Part shown: positions 29,872 through 39,249 of the stretch, in pieces
Layout: each line of letters opens with the position of its first letter
Position numbering within the stretch: the stretch's first letter is position 1
Source: an uncultured Candidatus Rokubacteria bacterium
GTDB taxonomy: Bacteria > Methylomirabilota > Methylomirabilia > Rokubacteriales > CSP1-6
Direction of reading: 5' to 3'
Length of the DNA: 64,000 nt
Assembly: GCA_963771355.1 (NCBI GenBank)
Contig: CAVYTA010000004.1
Location: 128,001-192,000, forward strand
Position numbers and translations under genes: made by a program
The notes under the pieces: generated by a model
What the model saw: the letters and a program-made list of their open reading frames with translations, nothing else
Databases searched by the model: none
Told to the model about the DNA's origin: nothing

Positions 29872-30801
29872 TTCCACCGCGTGCACGACCACCTGTGCCC
29901 GAAGGCCCTGCACGGTGGGAGGATCCACCACCCCCGGCCCCGGCGTGAGGGTGTTCGCCGCGCCCGCCGCGACGCCCAGCGCCAGCGCGTCCGCCGGCGA
30001 CTCGCCCTTGGCGATGGCCGCCACGTAGCCGCCGAGTAGCGCATCACCGCTGCCCACCGTGCTGAGCGCGCGGACCGCGGGCGAGGCGGCGAACCAGGCG
30101 CGGCCGGCGCCGCTGAGCAGCGCGCCCCGCGGGCCCAGCTTGACGACCACCGTGGTGCCGCCGCCGGCTTCCCGAGCCCGACCGGCGAGGGTGCGGAGCG
30201 CATCGGTGCGGCAGCCCGTCCATTCGATGAACTCCTCCTCGTTGGGGGCCACCAGCTCCGGCTTCTCGGCGACCCCGGCGCGCAGGGCGTCGCCCTCCGC
30301 GTCGAGGAAGACGCGGGCGCCGGCGGCACGTGCCGCACTCACCAGCCGGCCGTAGAGCGAAGCGACGAGGCCGGGGCGCAGGCTGCCCGCCACCACCACC
30401 AGGTCCGTCGGGTGAACCCGGTCGGACAGATGTGCGACCAGCTGGTCGGCGGCATCGGCGGTCACCGGGTCCCCGGGCTCGAGCAGCCGCGTCTCGGAGG
30501 CGCCGGTGGGATCGGCGATGAGCACGTTCTCCCGCGACTCGCCCGGCACCTCGACGAAATCGGTGGTGATGCCGCGGTCGGCGAGATCACGCCGGATCCA
30601 TGCGCCCGTGCGTCCGCCCACGAAGCCCGTGCATACCACGTCCTCGACCCCGAGGAGTCGGGCAGTCTTGGCCACGTTGAGCGGCTTGCCGCCCGCCACC
30701 GCCAGCGCGCGTCCGACCCGGTACTCGGCGGAGGCGCGGAAGCCGGGCACGACATAGGTCTTGTCGATCGCCGCGTTGACCGCGACGCACCAGAGTCGCA
30801 T
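29866..30801 (-). CDS. PfkB family hexose-phosphate kinase (1-PFK/tagatose-6P kinase-like)
   Basis: NAAIDKTY, AGGKPLNVA, PNEEE, STVGSGDA. Confidence 0.9.
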   Translation of the reverse strand: MRLWCVAVNAAIDKTYVVPGFRASAEYRVGRALAVAGGKPLNVAKTARLLGVEDVVCTGFVGGRTGAWIRRDLADRGITTDFVEVPGESRENVLIADPTGASETRLLEPGDPVTADAADQLVAHLSDRVHPTDLVVVAGSLRPGLVASLYGRLVSAARAAGARVFLDAEGDALRAGVAEKPELVAPNEEEFIEWTGCRTDALRTLAGRAREAGGGTTVVVKLGPRGALLSGAGRAWFAASPAVRALSTVGSGDALLGGYVAAIAKGESPADALALGVAAGAANTLTPGPGVVDPPTVQGLRAQVVVHAVED

Positions 30802-31838
30802 CAGGCGGGAGAGATCACGACCTTCGCCGCGTCCTCGTGGTAGTCGGCGAGCGCCTGGAAGGCTCGCGGCCCCGCCTCCAGCGGGACCCGATGAGAGACG
30901 AAGGACTCGAGGTCCACCATGCCGTGAGCGGCGAGCGCGATGGTGCGGGCATAGACGGGCTTCATCCGGCGGGAGATCTTGAGGGTGAGGCCCTTGCGGC
31001 GGGCCGGTGCGGCGGTGAACGCGGTCCGGTTGTCGGCGCAGATGCCCACCACCACCACCGTCCCCAGCGCGGCGGCGAGCTGCGCCGCCTGGTCCGGGGT
31101 CTCGGGCGCGCCCGCAGCCTCGAAGACGACGTCCGCGCCGCGTCCGCCGGTGGCGTCGAGCATCGCCGCCACCGGATCCTCGCGGGCGGCATTGAACGTG
31201 GCGGTGGCCCCCGCGGTCTTGGCCAGGCGCAGCCGGTAGTCGTGGAGATCGGTGGCGAGCACCGCCTGGGCGCCGGCGAGGCGCGCGAGCTGGACGAGGA
31301 GGAGGCCGATGGGCCCGCAACCGAGCACCGCGACGATCGCGGCGATGCGCGGCGCCGCCAGGTCCACCGCGTGCAGGGCCACGCCGAGGGGCTCGAGCAG
31401 CGCCCCCGCCGCGTCGCTCACGCCCGAGGGCAGGGGGTGGAGGAGATGCGCGGGATGGACCAGCCGCTCGCGCAACGCGCCGGCCACCCCCGGCGAGCCC
31501 ACGAAGCGAACACGCGGGCACACGTGGGGATGGCCGTCCACGCAGAGCTCGCACGCGCCGCAGGCGATGGCGGGATCGACGGCCACGCGGTCGCCCGCGC
31601 GCACCCGGACCACCCCCGGGCCCACCGCCTCCACCACCCCGGCGAACTCGTGGCCCATCACGAAGCCGCGCTCGAGGGAGTCCGGCCCGCCGGTCTCGCC
31701 CCGGTAGTAATGGAGGTCGGTGCCGCAGATGCCCACCGCGGTGACGCGCACGAGCGCCTCGCCCGGCCCGGGCTCGCGCACGTCGGGCACGGACGTCAGC
31801 TCGAGCGTGCGCGGCCCCATCAGGCCGAGGGCCTTCAC
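30801..31838 (-). CDS. Zn-dependent alcohol dehydrogenase (sorbitol/iditol DH-like)
   Basis: GICGTD, GHEFAG, CGACELC...C, LLEPL, GCGPIG. Confidence 0.92.
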   Translation of the reverse strand: MKALGLMGPRTLELTSVPDVREPGPGEALVRVTAVGICGTDLHYYRGETGGPDSLERGFVMGHEFAGVVEAVGPGVVRVRAGDRVAVDPAIACGACELCVDGHPHVCPRVRFVGSPGVAGALRERLVHPAHLLHPLPSGVSDAAGALLEPLGVALHAVDLAAPRIAAIVAVLGCGPIGLLLVQLARLAGAQAVLATDLHDYRLRLAKTAGATATFNAAREDPVAAMLDATGGRGADVVFEAAGAPETPDQAAQLAAALGTVVVVGICADNRTAFTAAPARRKGLTLKISRRMKPVYARTIALAAHGMVDLESFVSHRVPLEAGPRAFQALADYHEDAAKVVISPA

Positions 31839-31842
31839 GCGC

Positions 31843-32415
31843 TCACCCGCGGCCGGCGGCCAGCGGCGGCGGGCCGAGGCGATCGCGCGGGTGCCCGGCC
31901 ATGGTGAGCAGCGTGTCCACGAGGTCGCCCAGCGCGGAGACGGCGTCGGCGTCGGCCAGGCGGCCGTCCTTGAAGTGGGCAGACTCGAGATAGACGCTGG
32001 TGGGCGCCACCAGGGCGCCGAACCAGGCGAGCACCGCGCGGAGGTGCCAGTCCACGCCGAGATAGTGATGGGACGAGGCGCCCATGGCCACGATGCCGAT
32101 GGGCTTGGCACGGAGCGTCTCCAGCGGCGTGAGGTCGAGGAGATTCTTGAGCGCGCCGGTGAAGGAGGCGCGATACACGGGGCTCGCGAGCAGCACCGCG
32201 TCGGCCTCGGCGAGCGCGGCCACGATCTTGGCGGTGTCGTCGTCGAGGCGGTCCGGCGGACGGCCGTCGGCGAAGCCGAGCCGGAAGTCGGCGAGGCTCA
32301 GCAGCGAGGCCGAGACCCCGGCCCGGGCCGCGGCCCCGTCCACCGCCGTCCGGATGGCGGCATGGAGCCGCCCGGGCGGCGTCACCGCGCCTACCACCGC
32401 CGCGAGCCGGAGCAT
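31843..32415 (-). CDS. NAD(P)H-dependent FMN reductase (SsuE-like)
   Basis: ASPVYRASFTGALKNLLD. Confidence 0.9.
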   Translation of the reverse strand: MLRLAAVVGAVTPPGRLHAAIRTAVDGAAARAGVSASLLSLADFRLGFADGRPPDRLDDDTAKIVAALAEADAVLLASPVYRASFTGALKNLLDLTPLETLRAKPIGIVAMGASSHHYLGVDWHLRAVLAWFGALVAPTSVYLESAHFKDGRLADADAVSALGDLVDTLLTMAGHPRDRLGPPPLAAGRG

Positions 32416-32419
32416 CGGC

Positions 32420-33505
32420 TCAGGCCGCCGCGCGGTCGTGGTCGCGGCGCGCCACCGCGGCGCGCACGCGCGGGATCAGCTCGCGGCCGTACTCCTCCGC
32501 GTCCTTGAGGGGGTCGAAGCCGCGGATGAGGAGGGTGGTGACGCCGAGGTCGTAGTAGTCGAGGAGGGACTCGGCCACCTGCTCGGGCGTGCCCACCAGC
32601 GCGGTGGTATTGCCCGCGCCGCCCACCGCCGCCGCGATGGGCGTCCAGAGCCGCTTGTCGTGCAGCTCGCCCTGGCGCGCGAACTCCACCAGCCGCTGCG
32701 CGCCCACCGCCTCCGGCAGGGGCAAGGTGCGGTCGCCCTGCTTGGCCCGCACGGTGGCGAGAATGCCGCGCGCCTTGTCCCAGGCGGCGTCCTCGGTGGG
32801 CGCGATGATGGGCCGCAGCGAGACGCTGACCCGCGGCTCGCGCCCCACCCGCGCGCCCGCCGCGCGCACCTCGGCGACGCGCTGGCGGATGGCGGCCAGC
32901 GGCTCGCCCCACAGCATGTAGACGTCGCAGTGCTTGGCGCCGATGGCGTGCGCGGCCTCCGAGGCGCCGCCGAAGTAGAGCGGGATGTGCGGCTTCTGGA
33001 CGGGCTTGATCTCCGAGAAGGCCTTGGCCACGCGATAGAACTCGCCCTCGAAGTCGAAGGGCTGCTCCTCGGTCCACGTGCGGCGCAGCAGGGCCAGATA
33101 CTCGTCGGTGCGGCGATAGCGCGTGTCGTGGTCGAGCCAGTCGCCGTCCTTGGCCTGGTCGAGGTCGCTGCCGCCGGTGATGATGTGGAGCGAGACGCGC
33201 CCTCCGGTGAACTGGTCCAGGGTGGCGGCCTTGCGCGCGGCCAGGGTGGGGGCCACGAAGCCCGGCCGGTGGGCGATGAGATAGCCCAGCCGCTCGGTGT
33301 GGGCGGCGGCGTGGCTGGCGACGAGAAAGCCCTCGGCGGCGGTGGAGGTGTAGCCCACCAGCACCTTGTCGAAGCCCGCGCGCTCGTGAGCGCGGGAGAA
33401 GTCCCGCACCCAGGCGGCATCGATCTCGCCGCCGATGACGTGGACGGCGGCGCCGTCGGCGCCTTCCGGCCGCACGCCGATCATGCCGATGACCTCGATG
33501 GGCAT
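32420..33505 (-). CDS. LLM-class flavin-dependent monooxygenase (SsuD-like)
   Basis: AHRPGFVAPTLAARKAATLD, PLYFGGAS, LWGEP, GNTTALVGTPEQVA. Confidence 0.92.
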   Translation of the reverse strand: MPIEVIGMIGVRPEGADGAAVHVIGGEIDAAWVRDFSRAHERAGFDKVLVGYTSTAAEGFLVASHAAAHTERLGYLIAHRPGFVAPTLAARKAATLDQFTGGRVSLHIITGGSDLDQAKDGDWLDHDTRYRRTDEYLALLRRTWTEEQPFDFEGEFYRVAKAFSEIKPVQKPHIPLYFGGASEAAHAIGAKHCDVYMLWGEPLAAIRQRVAEVRAAGARVGREPRVSVSLRPIIAPTEDAAWDKARGILATVRAKQGDRTLPLPEAVGAQRLVEFARQGELHDKRLWTPIAAAVGGAGNTTALVGTPEQVAESLLDYYDLGVTTLLIRGFDPLKDAEEYGRELIPRVRAAVARRDHDRAAA

Positions 33506-33514
33506 GGAGCGATC

Positions 33515-34741
33515 CTAGCGCGCGGCGATGCGCTCCGCCAGATGCTGGGCATCCTCGCCGACGCCGCAGAGGACGGACGACTTGAGCTTGTGCAGCCACG
33601 GCAGGCCGAGGAAGTAGAGGCCCGCGCAGGGGGACACGCCGCGCCGGTGCCGAGGCTCACCGGCGGTGTCGAAGGCGGGCAGGTCGATCCAGCCGAAGTC
33701 CGCGCGAAAGCCCGTGGCCCAGACCACGCTGGTGACGCCGGCCGCGCGCAGGTCGAGGAGGGGAGGCGAGGTGACGCGGCGGGTAGCGGCCGGCGCCGCG
33801 GGGTCCGTGTGCGCGGGCGGCGGCTCGAGCCCCGCGCGCCGCGCGTAGTCGTCCGCGGAAGTGCGGAACGCGGTCCACCCCTCGTCGCCCTTCGCGAGCT
33901 GCGCGTCGAGGTCGTCGTCGAAGTGGAGGCGTCCGTCGGCGCCGCCCCGCAGATGCCCCAGCAGGACCACGCCGCGGGCGGCATAGGCGCGGATGTCGAT
34001 GTCGTGGCCACCGCTCGCGCCGGTGACGAGCGGGTTGGGGGTCTGGCGCGCTTCGGGGCGCTCGGCGATCGTCTGGTCCAGCCCGCCCATCTCGCGGATC
34101 CACCAGAAGACGTCGCGGCCGCGGTAGCGCCGCGGCACGCGCCGGTGCCGCCCCACCGACAGGTAGACGGGGCGGCCGGCGCCCAGCAGATCCTCGACGA
34201 TCTGGCAGCCGGAGGCGCCCGAGCCGACCACGAGCACCCCGCCCGGCGGCAGCGCGCCGGGGTTCCGGTAGCGGCTCGAGTGGACCTGGACGATCTCCGG
34301 CGGCAGCGCGGCCGCCGCCGCTGGCCGCACGGGCTCTTGATAGGGGCCGGTGGCGGCCACCACGTGGGCGGCCTCGTACGCGAGGCCATCCGTCACCACG
34401 CGGAGCCGCGGGGAGCCGGGTTTGCGCCGCACCGCGCGGACGGTCACGCCGGTCCGCAGGGGCGCCCGGATGAGGTCGCGGTACTCGTCGAGGAAGCGGA
34501 CCACCTCGTCCCGCGGGGCGAAGCCCTCGGGATCGCCGCCGCGATACGCGTGCCCGGGCAGCTCGATGCTCCACGAGGGGAACTGGAAGGTGAGCGAGTC
34601 CCAGCGCTCACTGCGCCAGCGCTCGGCCACGCGCCCGCGTTCGAGGATGACGTGCTCGCGGCCGAGCGCGCGAAGGTGATAGCTCAGCGCGAGGCCGGCC
34701 TGGCCACCGCCGACGATGACGGTCTCGATCGACTCGCTCAC
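33515..34741 (-). CDS. FAD/NAD(P)-dependent flavoprotein monooxygenase-like protein
   Basis: GGGQAG, VHSSRYRNP, GSGASG, WATGF, GLYFLG. Confidence 0.88.
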   Translation of the reverse strand: MSESIETVIVGGGQAGLALSYHLRALGREHVILERGRVAERWRSERWDSLTFQFPSWSIELPGHAYRGGDPEGFAPRDEVVRFLDEYRDLIRAPLRTGVTVRAVRRKPGSPRLRVVTDGLAYEAAHVVAATGPYQEPVRPAAAAALPPEIVQVHSSRYRNPGALPPGGVLVVGSGASGCQIVEDLLGAGRPVYLSVGRHRRVPRRYRGRDVFWWIREMGGLDQTIAERPEARQTPNPLVTGASGGHDIDIRAYAARGVVLLGHLRGGADGRLHFDDDLDAQLAKGDEGWTAFRTSADDYARRAGLEPPPAHTDPAAPAATRRVTSPPLLDLRAAGVTSVVWATGFRADFGWIDLPAFDTAGEPRHRRGVSPCAGLYFLGLPWLHKLKSSVLCGVGEDAQHLAERIAAR

Positions 34742-34799
34742 GGCGGGATGGTAGCGCGAATTGCTTCCCTCGCGCGGAGCGCGGGTCTATGGTGGGGCG

Positions 34800-35486
34800 G
34801 TGCGCGCCATCCCGCCGCCGCTCGCCCTCGGCCTCCTCCTCCTGACGGCGGGGTCCGCCTGGGCCCAGGGCAGCGAGGTTCCCATCAACGCGAGCCACCG
34901 GATCTTCGTCGCGGAGTACGTGGCCGCGGTGAACGCCCGCGACGCGGAGCGATTCCGCCGCCTCGTGCATCCGCAGTCGCTCGCCTGCATCACCGACGAC
35001 AACCGCGACTTCTACGACGAGTGGGTGGCGCGCGCCTTCCGCCGCACGTTGCCCGACACCTACCGCCTCCAGAGCGTGCGGGCGCTGGGGCCGAATGCGC
35101 CGCCCATGGTGCCGGCTCACATGGCGATCAATCCGGTCCCGCCCACCCACACGATCCAGATCGACGCGCAGCCCGCTCCCTACCGTTTCGTCACCATCCT
35201 GCTCCAGGTGACGCAGAGCGCGGGCACCTGGCTCCAGGTGATGCCCTGTCCCACCGCGGAGGGCCTCGCCGCCTTCCGCGCGGCCAAGAAGGCGAACGCC
35301 GCGCAGGACGCGCGCGTGAAGACGCTGGCCGACGGTCTTCCTGATTCCCTCCGATCCGAGATCACGGCGCTCATGAAGGCGGGGAAGAAGGCCGACGCCA
35401 TCAAGCGCTATCAAGCGGCCAGCGGCGAGAGTCTCACCGTCGCGACGGGCGTGGTGGATCGGCTGGAAGCCGGCGGCGGCCCCTAG
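34800..35486 (+). CDS. Exported hypothetical protein with L7/L12-CTD-like C-terminal motif
   Basis: Signal peptide ..LLLLTAGSAWAQ; GKKADAIKRYQAASGESLTVATGVVDRL. Confidence 0.7.
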   Translation: MRAIPPPLALGLLLLTAGSAWAQGSEVPINASHRIFVAEYVAAVNARDAERFRRLVHPQSLACITDDNRDFYDEWVARAFRRTLPDTYRLQSVRALGPNAPPMVPAHMAINPVPPTHTIQIDAQPAPYRFVTILLQVTQSAGTWLQVMPCPTAEGLAAFRAAKKANAAQDARVKTLADGLPDSLRSEITALMKAGKKADAIKRYQAASGESLTVATGVVDRLEAGGGP

Positions 35487-35487
35487 C

Positions 35488-36543
35488 TCAGGGCGCGGCG
35501 GCCGGGAGAGCCACCGTGCTCCCGGTGGCGCTGGCGCGCAGCGCCGCGGCCAGGATCTCCTGCACGTCGCGCCCTACCTCGGGCGCGCAGAGGCCTTCGA
35601 TGGGCCGCCCGTCCCGCACGCGCGTGAGGAAGTAGGTCACGCCGTCCTTCTCGTCCGGCGGCAGCGCGGGGGCGTCCAGCGTCTCGCTGCCGTCCCCGGT
35701 CACCCGCTGCACTCGCCCCGGCCCGGGCCGGTCGCCCTCGCGAATCGGCCGCGGCTGATGCACGATCAAGGTCCCCGCGTCCCCGTAGACCACCATGGCA
35801 AAGGCGGGCTCCCCGCCGATCTGGGTCCAGGAGCCTTCGAGCACGGCGAGCGCGCGCGGATAGCGGAGGATGACGACGGCATTGTCCTCGCTGGCGAGCC
35901 CGACCTTTCGGAGATGTGCGGCCACCGCGGTGACCGCCTGGGGCCGGCCGAGCAGAGTCCGGGCGAGGATGCCGCCATAGCCGCAGTAGTCCACGAGCGC
36001 GCCGCTCCCGTTCCGGCGGGCGTCGTAGAGCCAGTCGCAGAACTGGGGCGAGCAGCCGAACTCGCGCGGCCCCGCGTGCCCGCCGCGGTGGGTGAGCTGC
36101 ACCGGCTCCCCCACCGCCCCCGCGGCGGCCAGGGCCAGGCCATGGCGCAAGGCGGGCCGCCACACCGTGGGCCAGTTGACCATGAGCGGCTGGCCCGCGC
36201 GGCGCGCGGCCTGGAGTGCCGCCTCCGCGCCGGGCAGATCCGCCGCCATGGGTTTCTCGATCATGACGGGCAGCCCGCGCTCCAGGGCGCGCGCCGCCCA
36301 CTCGGCGGAGCCGCGGTTGTCGGCGAAGCAGAGGATGGCGTCGAGATCGGTGCGCTCGAGGAGCGCCTCGTACGTGGGAAGCGCGGCCACGCCGCCGTGC
36401 TCGCGGCCGAGCCGCTCGCGGAGCCGCGCGTCCGGCTCCGCGATGGCCACGAGCACGCCGGGCTCGCCCGCGGCCACCGCCGCGAGGTTGGCCCAGACGT
36501 GATCGTGGCTGAGCCCGAGGACGCCGACCCGCAGTCGGGCCAC
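35488..36543 (-). CDS. Gfo/Idh/MocA oxidoreductase
   Basis: IEKPMA, GALVDYCGY, EDNA. Confidence 0.88.
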   Translation of the reverse strand: MARLRVGVLGLSHDHVWANLAAVAAGEPGVLVAIAEPDARLRERLGREHGGVAALPTYEALLERTDLDAILCFADNRGSAEWAARALERGLPVMIEKPMAADLPGAEAALQAARRAGQPLMVNWPTVWRPALRHGLALAAAGAVGEPVQLTHRGGHAGPREFGCSPQFCDWLYDARRNGSGALVDYCGYGGILARTLLGRPQAVTAVAAHLRKVGLASEDNAVVILRYPRALAVLEGSWTQIGGEPAFAMVVYGDAGTLIVHQPRPIREGDRPGPGRVQRVTGDGSETLDAPALPPDEKDGVTYFLTRVRDGRPIEGLCAPEVGRDVQEILAAALRASATGSTVALPAAAP

Positions 36544-36559
36544 GGCGGGGGGAAGCGCC

Positions 36560-37063
36560 TTACAGCGCCTTCAGCATGTTGTCGGCGTCGCTCACCTCGA
36601 ACTTGCCGGGGGCCTCGACGTTGAGCGCCTTCACGGTGCCGTCCTCCACCAGCATCGAGTAGCGCTGGGACCGGACGCCCATGCCGCGCGCGGTGAGATC
36701 CATCTCGAGGCCCAGCGCCTTGGTGAACACCGCGCTGCCGTCGGCCATCATGCGCACCTTGCCGCCGGCCTTCTGATCCTTGGCCCAGGCGCCCATCACG
36801 AAGGCGTCGTTTACGGACACGCACCAGACCTCGTCCACCTTCTTGGCCCTCAGCTTGTCGTGGTTGGCCACGTAGCCGGGCACGTGCTTGGCGGAGCAGG
36901 TGGGGGTGAAGGCGCCGGGCAGGCCGAAGATCACCACCGTCTTGCCCTTGGTGAGGTCGGCCACGTTGAAGTTGTTGGGCCCGATGCTGCATCCGGGCTG
37001 CTCGGTCTCGATCATCTCGGTGAGGGTGCCGCCGGGCAGCTTGTCACCGACCTTGATCGCCAT
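36560..37063 (-). CDS. Prx5-type peroxiredoxin
   Basis: LPGAFTPTCSAKHVPG, VNDAFVMGAW, RSQRYSM; AAGGAGG RBS. Confidence 0.95.
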   Translation of the reverse strand: MAIKVGDKLPGGTLTEMIETEQPGCSIGPNNFNVADLTKGKTVVIFGLPGAFTPTCSAKHVPGYVANHDKLRAKKVDEVWCVSVNDAFVMGAWAKDQKAGGKVRMMADGSAVFTKALGLEMDLTARGMGVRSQRYSMLVEDGTVKALNVEAPGKFEVSDADNMLKAL

Positions 37064-37197
37064 GGGGATCCTCCTTGATGGTCTCGTGGGATGGAAAGGG
37101 GATGTGGAGCGCCCTGCGCGCCGCAAGCGGCATGGTACCACACGGGGCGCGCGCCGAGTTTCGGGGAGTCGGGCCGCTTCGTTTACACTGGAGCGGT

Positions 37198-39210
37198 ATG
37201 TCGGCGTCCTGGCTCGAGCCCCCCGATACCCGCGTGGCCCCGCGCCCCGCGGAGAGCGCCGTCGCGAGCCGTGCGGCCCTCGCCGAGGCGGCGGGCGGCG
37301 CCGCCACGCGCGCGGGCGGGGCGGTCCTGGCGCTCCAGAAGGGGGACGGGTACTGGTGCGGCGATCTTCTCGGCGACACCACGCTCGAGTCCGACTACGT
37401 GCTGCTCCAGCTCTGGCTGCACCCGCCCGAGGACGGCGCCTGGCGGCCGCCCACCCGCGGCCGCATCGAGAAGACCCGCCGGGCCATCCTGGAGCGGCAG
37501 CTTCCCGACGGCGGCTTCAACGTCTATCCCGAGGGCCCCGCCGAGCTGAACGCCACCGTGAAGGCCTATGCCGCGCTCAAGCTGGCCGGCCTGCCCGCCG
37601 AGAGCGAGCCCCTCACGCGCGCGCGGGAGTGCGTCCTGCGCCTGGGCGGCATCCAGGAGACCAACAGTTACGTCCGCATCAACCTGAGCCTGTTCGGCCT
37701 CTACCCCCGTCGGCACGTGCCGACCATTCCCCCCGAGCTCGTGCTGCTGCCCGGGGGCCTCATCTACGAGATGTCGTCGTGGACCCGCGCCATCGTGGTG
37801 CCGCTGTCCATCGTCCAGGCGCGCGCGGGGCGGCGTCCCGTCCCCGCCGGGTTCGATCTGGACGAGCTGGCCGCGCCGCGCAAGAGCTTCCGGCTCCCGC
37901 GGCGCGACGGGCTCTCCGCCGTGTTCGGCCAGCTCGACACCGCGCTCAAGGTCTGGGAAAAGGGCGCGCCGGAGATGATTCGCAAGTCGGCGCTGCGCGA
38001 GGCGGAGAAGTGGATGCTCGACCGCACCCGCCACAGCGACGGGCTCGGCGGCATCTATCCCTCGATGATGTACTTCATCATGGCGCTGGAGTGCCTGGGC
38101 TACCCGCGCGACCATCCCGATCTCGTGGAGGCGATCCGCGTGTTCGAGGGCTTGCTGACCGAGACGGAGGACCAGGTCTACTTCCAGCCCTGCTTCTCGC
38201 CGGTCTGGGACACCGCGCTTGCCATGTTCGCGCTGGGCGAGTCGGGTGTTCCCGCGGCGGACGCCCAGCGCCGCGCTGCGGACTGGCTCATCGCGCGGGA
38301 GGTCCGGCGGCGCGGCGACTGGTCGGTGAAGCGGCCGGACCTCGAGCCCTCCGGCTGGGCCTTCGAGTTCAGCAACGAGCACTACCCCGACATCGACGAC
38401 ACCGCCATGGTCTTGCTGGCGCTCGAGCACGCGCGCGCCTCCGACCTGGAGGCGCAGGCGCGCTGCGAGCGGCGGGCCCAGCACTGGCTCACGCAGATGC
38501 AGTCCAGCGACGGCGGCTGGGCCGCCTTCGACGTGGACAATAACTGGGCGTTGCTCAACCGCGTGCCCTTCGCCGATCACAACGCCATGCTGGATCCCAC
38601 CTGCCCGGACATCACGGGCCGGGTGCTGGAGGCGCTCTGCCGGCGCGGGCTCAAACTCTCCGACCTTCCGATCGATCGCGGCGTCGCCTATCTCCTCCAG
38701 ACCCAGGAAGCGGACGGCTCCTGGTACGGGCGCTGGGGCGTGAACTACCTGTACGGGAGCTTTCTCGCGCTCCGGGGGCTGCGCGCCTCTCACGATCGCA
38801 CCGCCTCGCGCGCCATCTGGAAGGCCGGGCGCTGGATCGCGTCGGTGCAGAACGCCGACGGCGGCTGGGGTGAGAGCTGCGCGAGCTATGGGGAGGGTGC
38901 CTTCGTGGCCGCGCCGAGCACGCCGTCCCAGACCGCGTGGGGGCTGCTGGGGCTCCTGGCAACGGGCCAGGTGGAGAGCGAGAACCTCATCCGTGGCGCG
39001 CGATATCTCCTCGATACCCAGCGCGCCGACGGGACCTGGGACGAGACGCTCGCCACCGGCACGGGGTTCCCCGGCGTCTTCTATCTCCGGTACACGCTCT
39101 ACCGGACCTACTTCCCGCTGCTGGCGCTCGCCCAGGTGCGGAGCGCTCTCGACGGCGCCGCCCGGGCGCTGCGCCTCGTTCGCGAGGGCGGCGCCGCCCC
39201 GGGGGTCTGA
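37198..39210 (+). CDS. shc: Squalene-hopene cyclase
   Basis: YPDIDDTA catalytic motif, QW repeats (QKGDGYW, QEADGSW, QNADGGW), PFADH, GRWGVNY, TGTGFP. Confidence 0.96.
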   Translation: MSASWLEPPDTRVAPRPAESAVASRAALAEAAGGAATRAGGAVLALQKGDGYWCGDLLGDTTLESDYVLLQLWLHPPEDGAWRPPTRGRIEKTRRAILERQLPDGGFNVYPEGPAELNATVKAYAALKLAGLPAESEPLTRARECVLRLGGIQETNSYVRINLSLFGLYPRRHVPTIPPELVLLPGGLIYEMSSWTRAIVVPLSIVQARAGRRPVPAGFDLDELAAPRKSFRLPRRDGLSAVFGQLDTALKVWEKGAPEMIRKSALREAEKWMLDRTRHSDGLGGIYPSMMYFIMALECLGYPRDHPDLVEAIRVFEGLLTETEDQVYFQPCFSPVWDTALAMFALGESGVPAADAQRRAADWLIAREVRRRGDWSVKRPDLEPSGWAFEFSNEHYPDIDDTAMVLLALEHARASDLEAQARCERRAQHWLTQMQSSDGGWAAFDVDNNWALLNRVPFADHNAMLDPTCPDITGRVLEALCRRGLKLSDLPIDRGVAYLLQTQEADGSWYGRWGVNYLYGSFLALRGLRASHDRTASRAIWKAGRWIASVQNADGGWGESCASYGEGAFVAAPSTPSQTAWGLLGLLATGQVESENLIRGARYLLDTQRADGTWDETLATGTGFPGVFYLRYTLYRTYFPLLALAQVRSALDGAARALRLVREGGAAPGV

Positions 39211-39249
39211 GCACCGCGTCGCCGCCCCGCCGGTGACGTCGGCGCGGCG

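Noticed and set aside
32084..35344. Very long antisense or alternate-frame ORFs (also 54950-58273, 24767-27439, 56284-58923 and others)
   Set aside because: Shadow ORFs expected at high GC; they overlap well-supported genes and have no motifs
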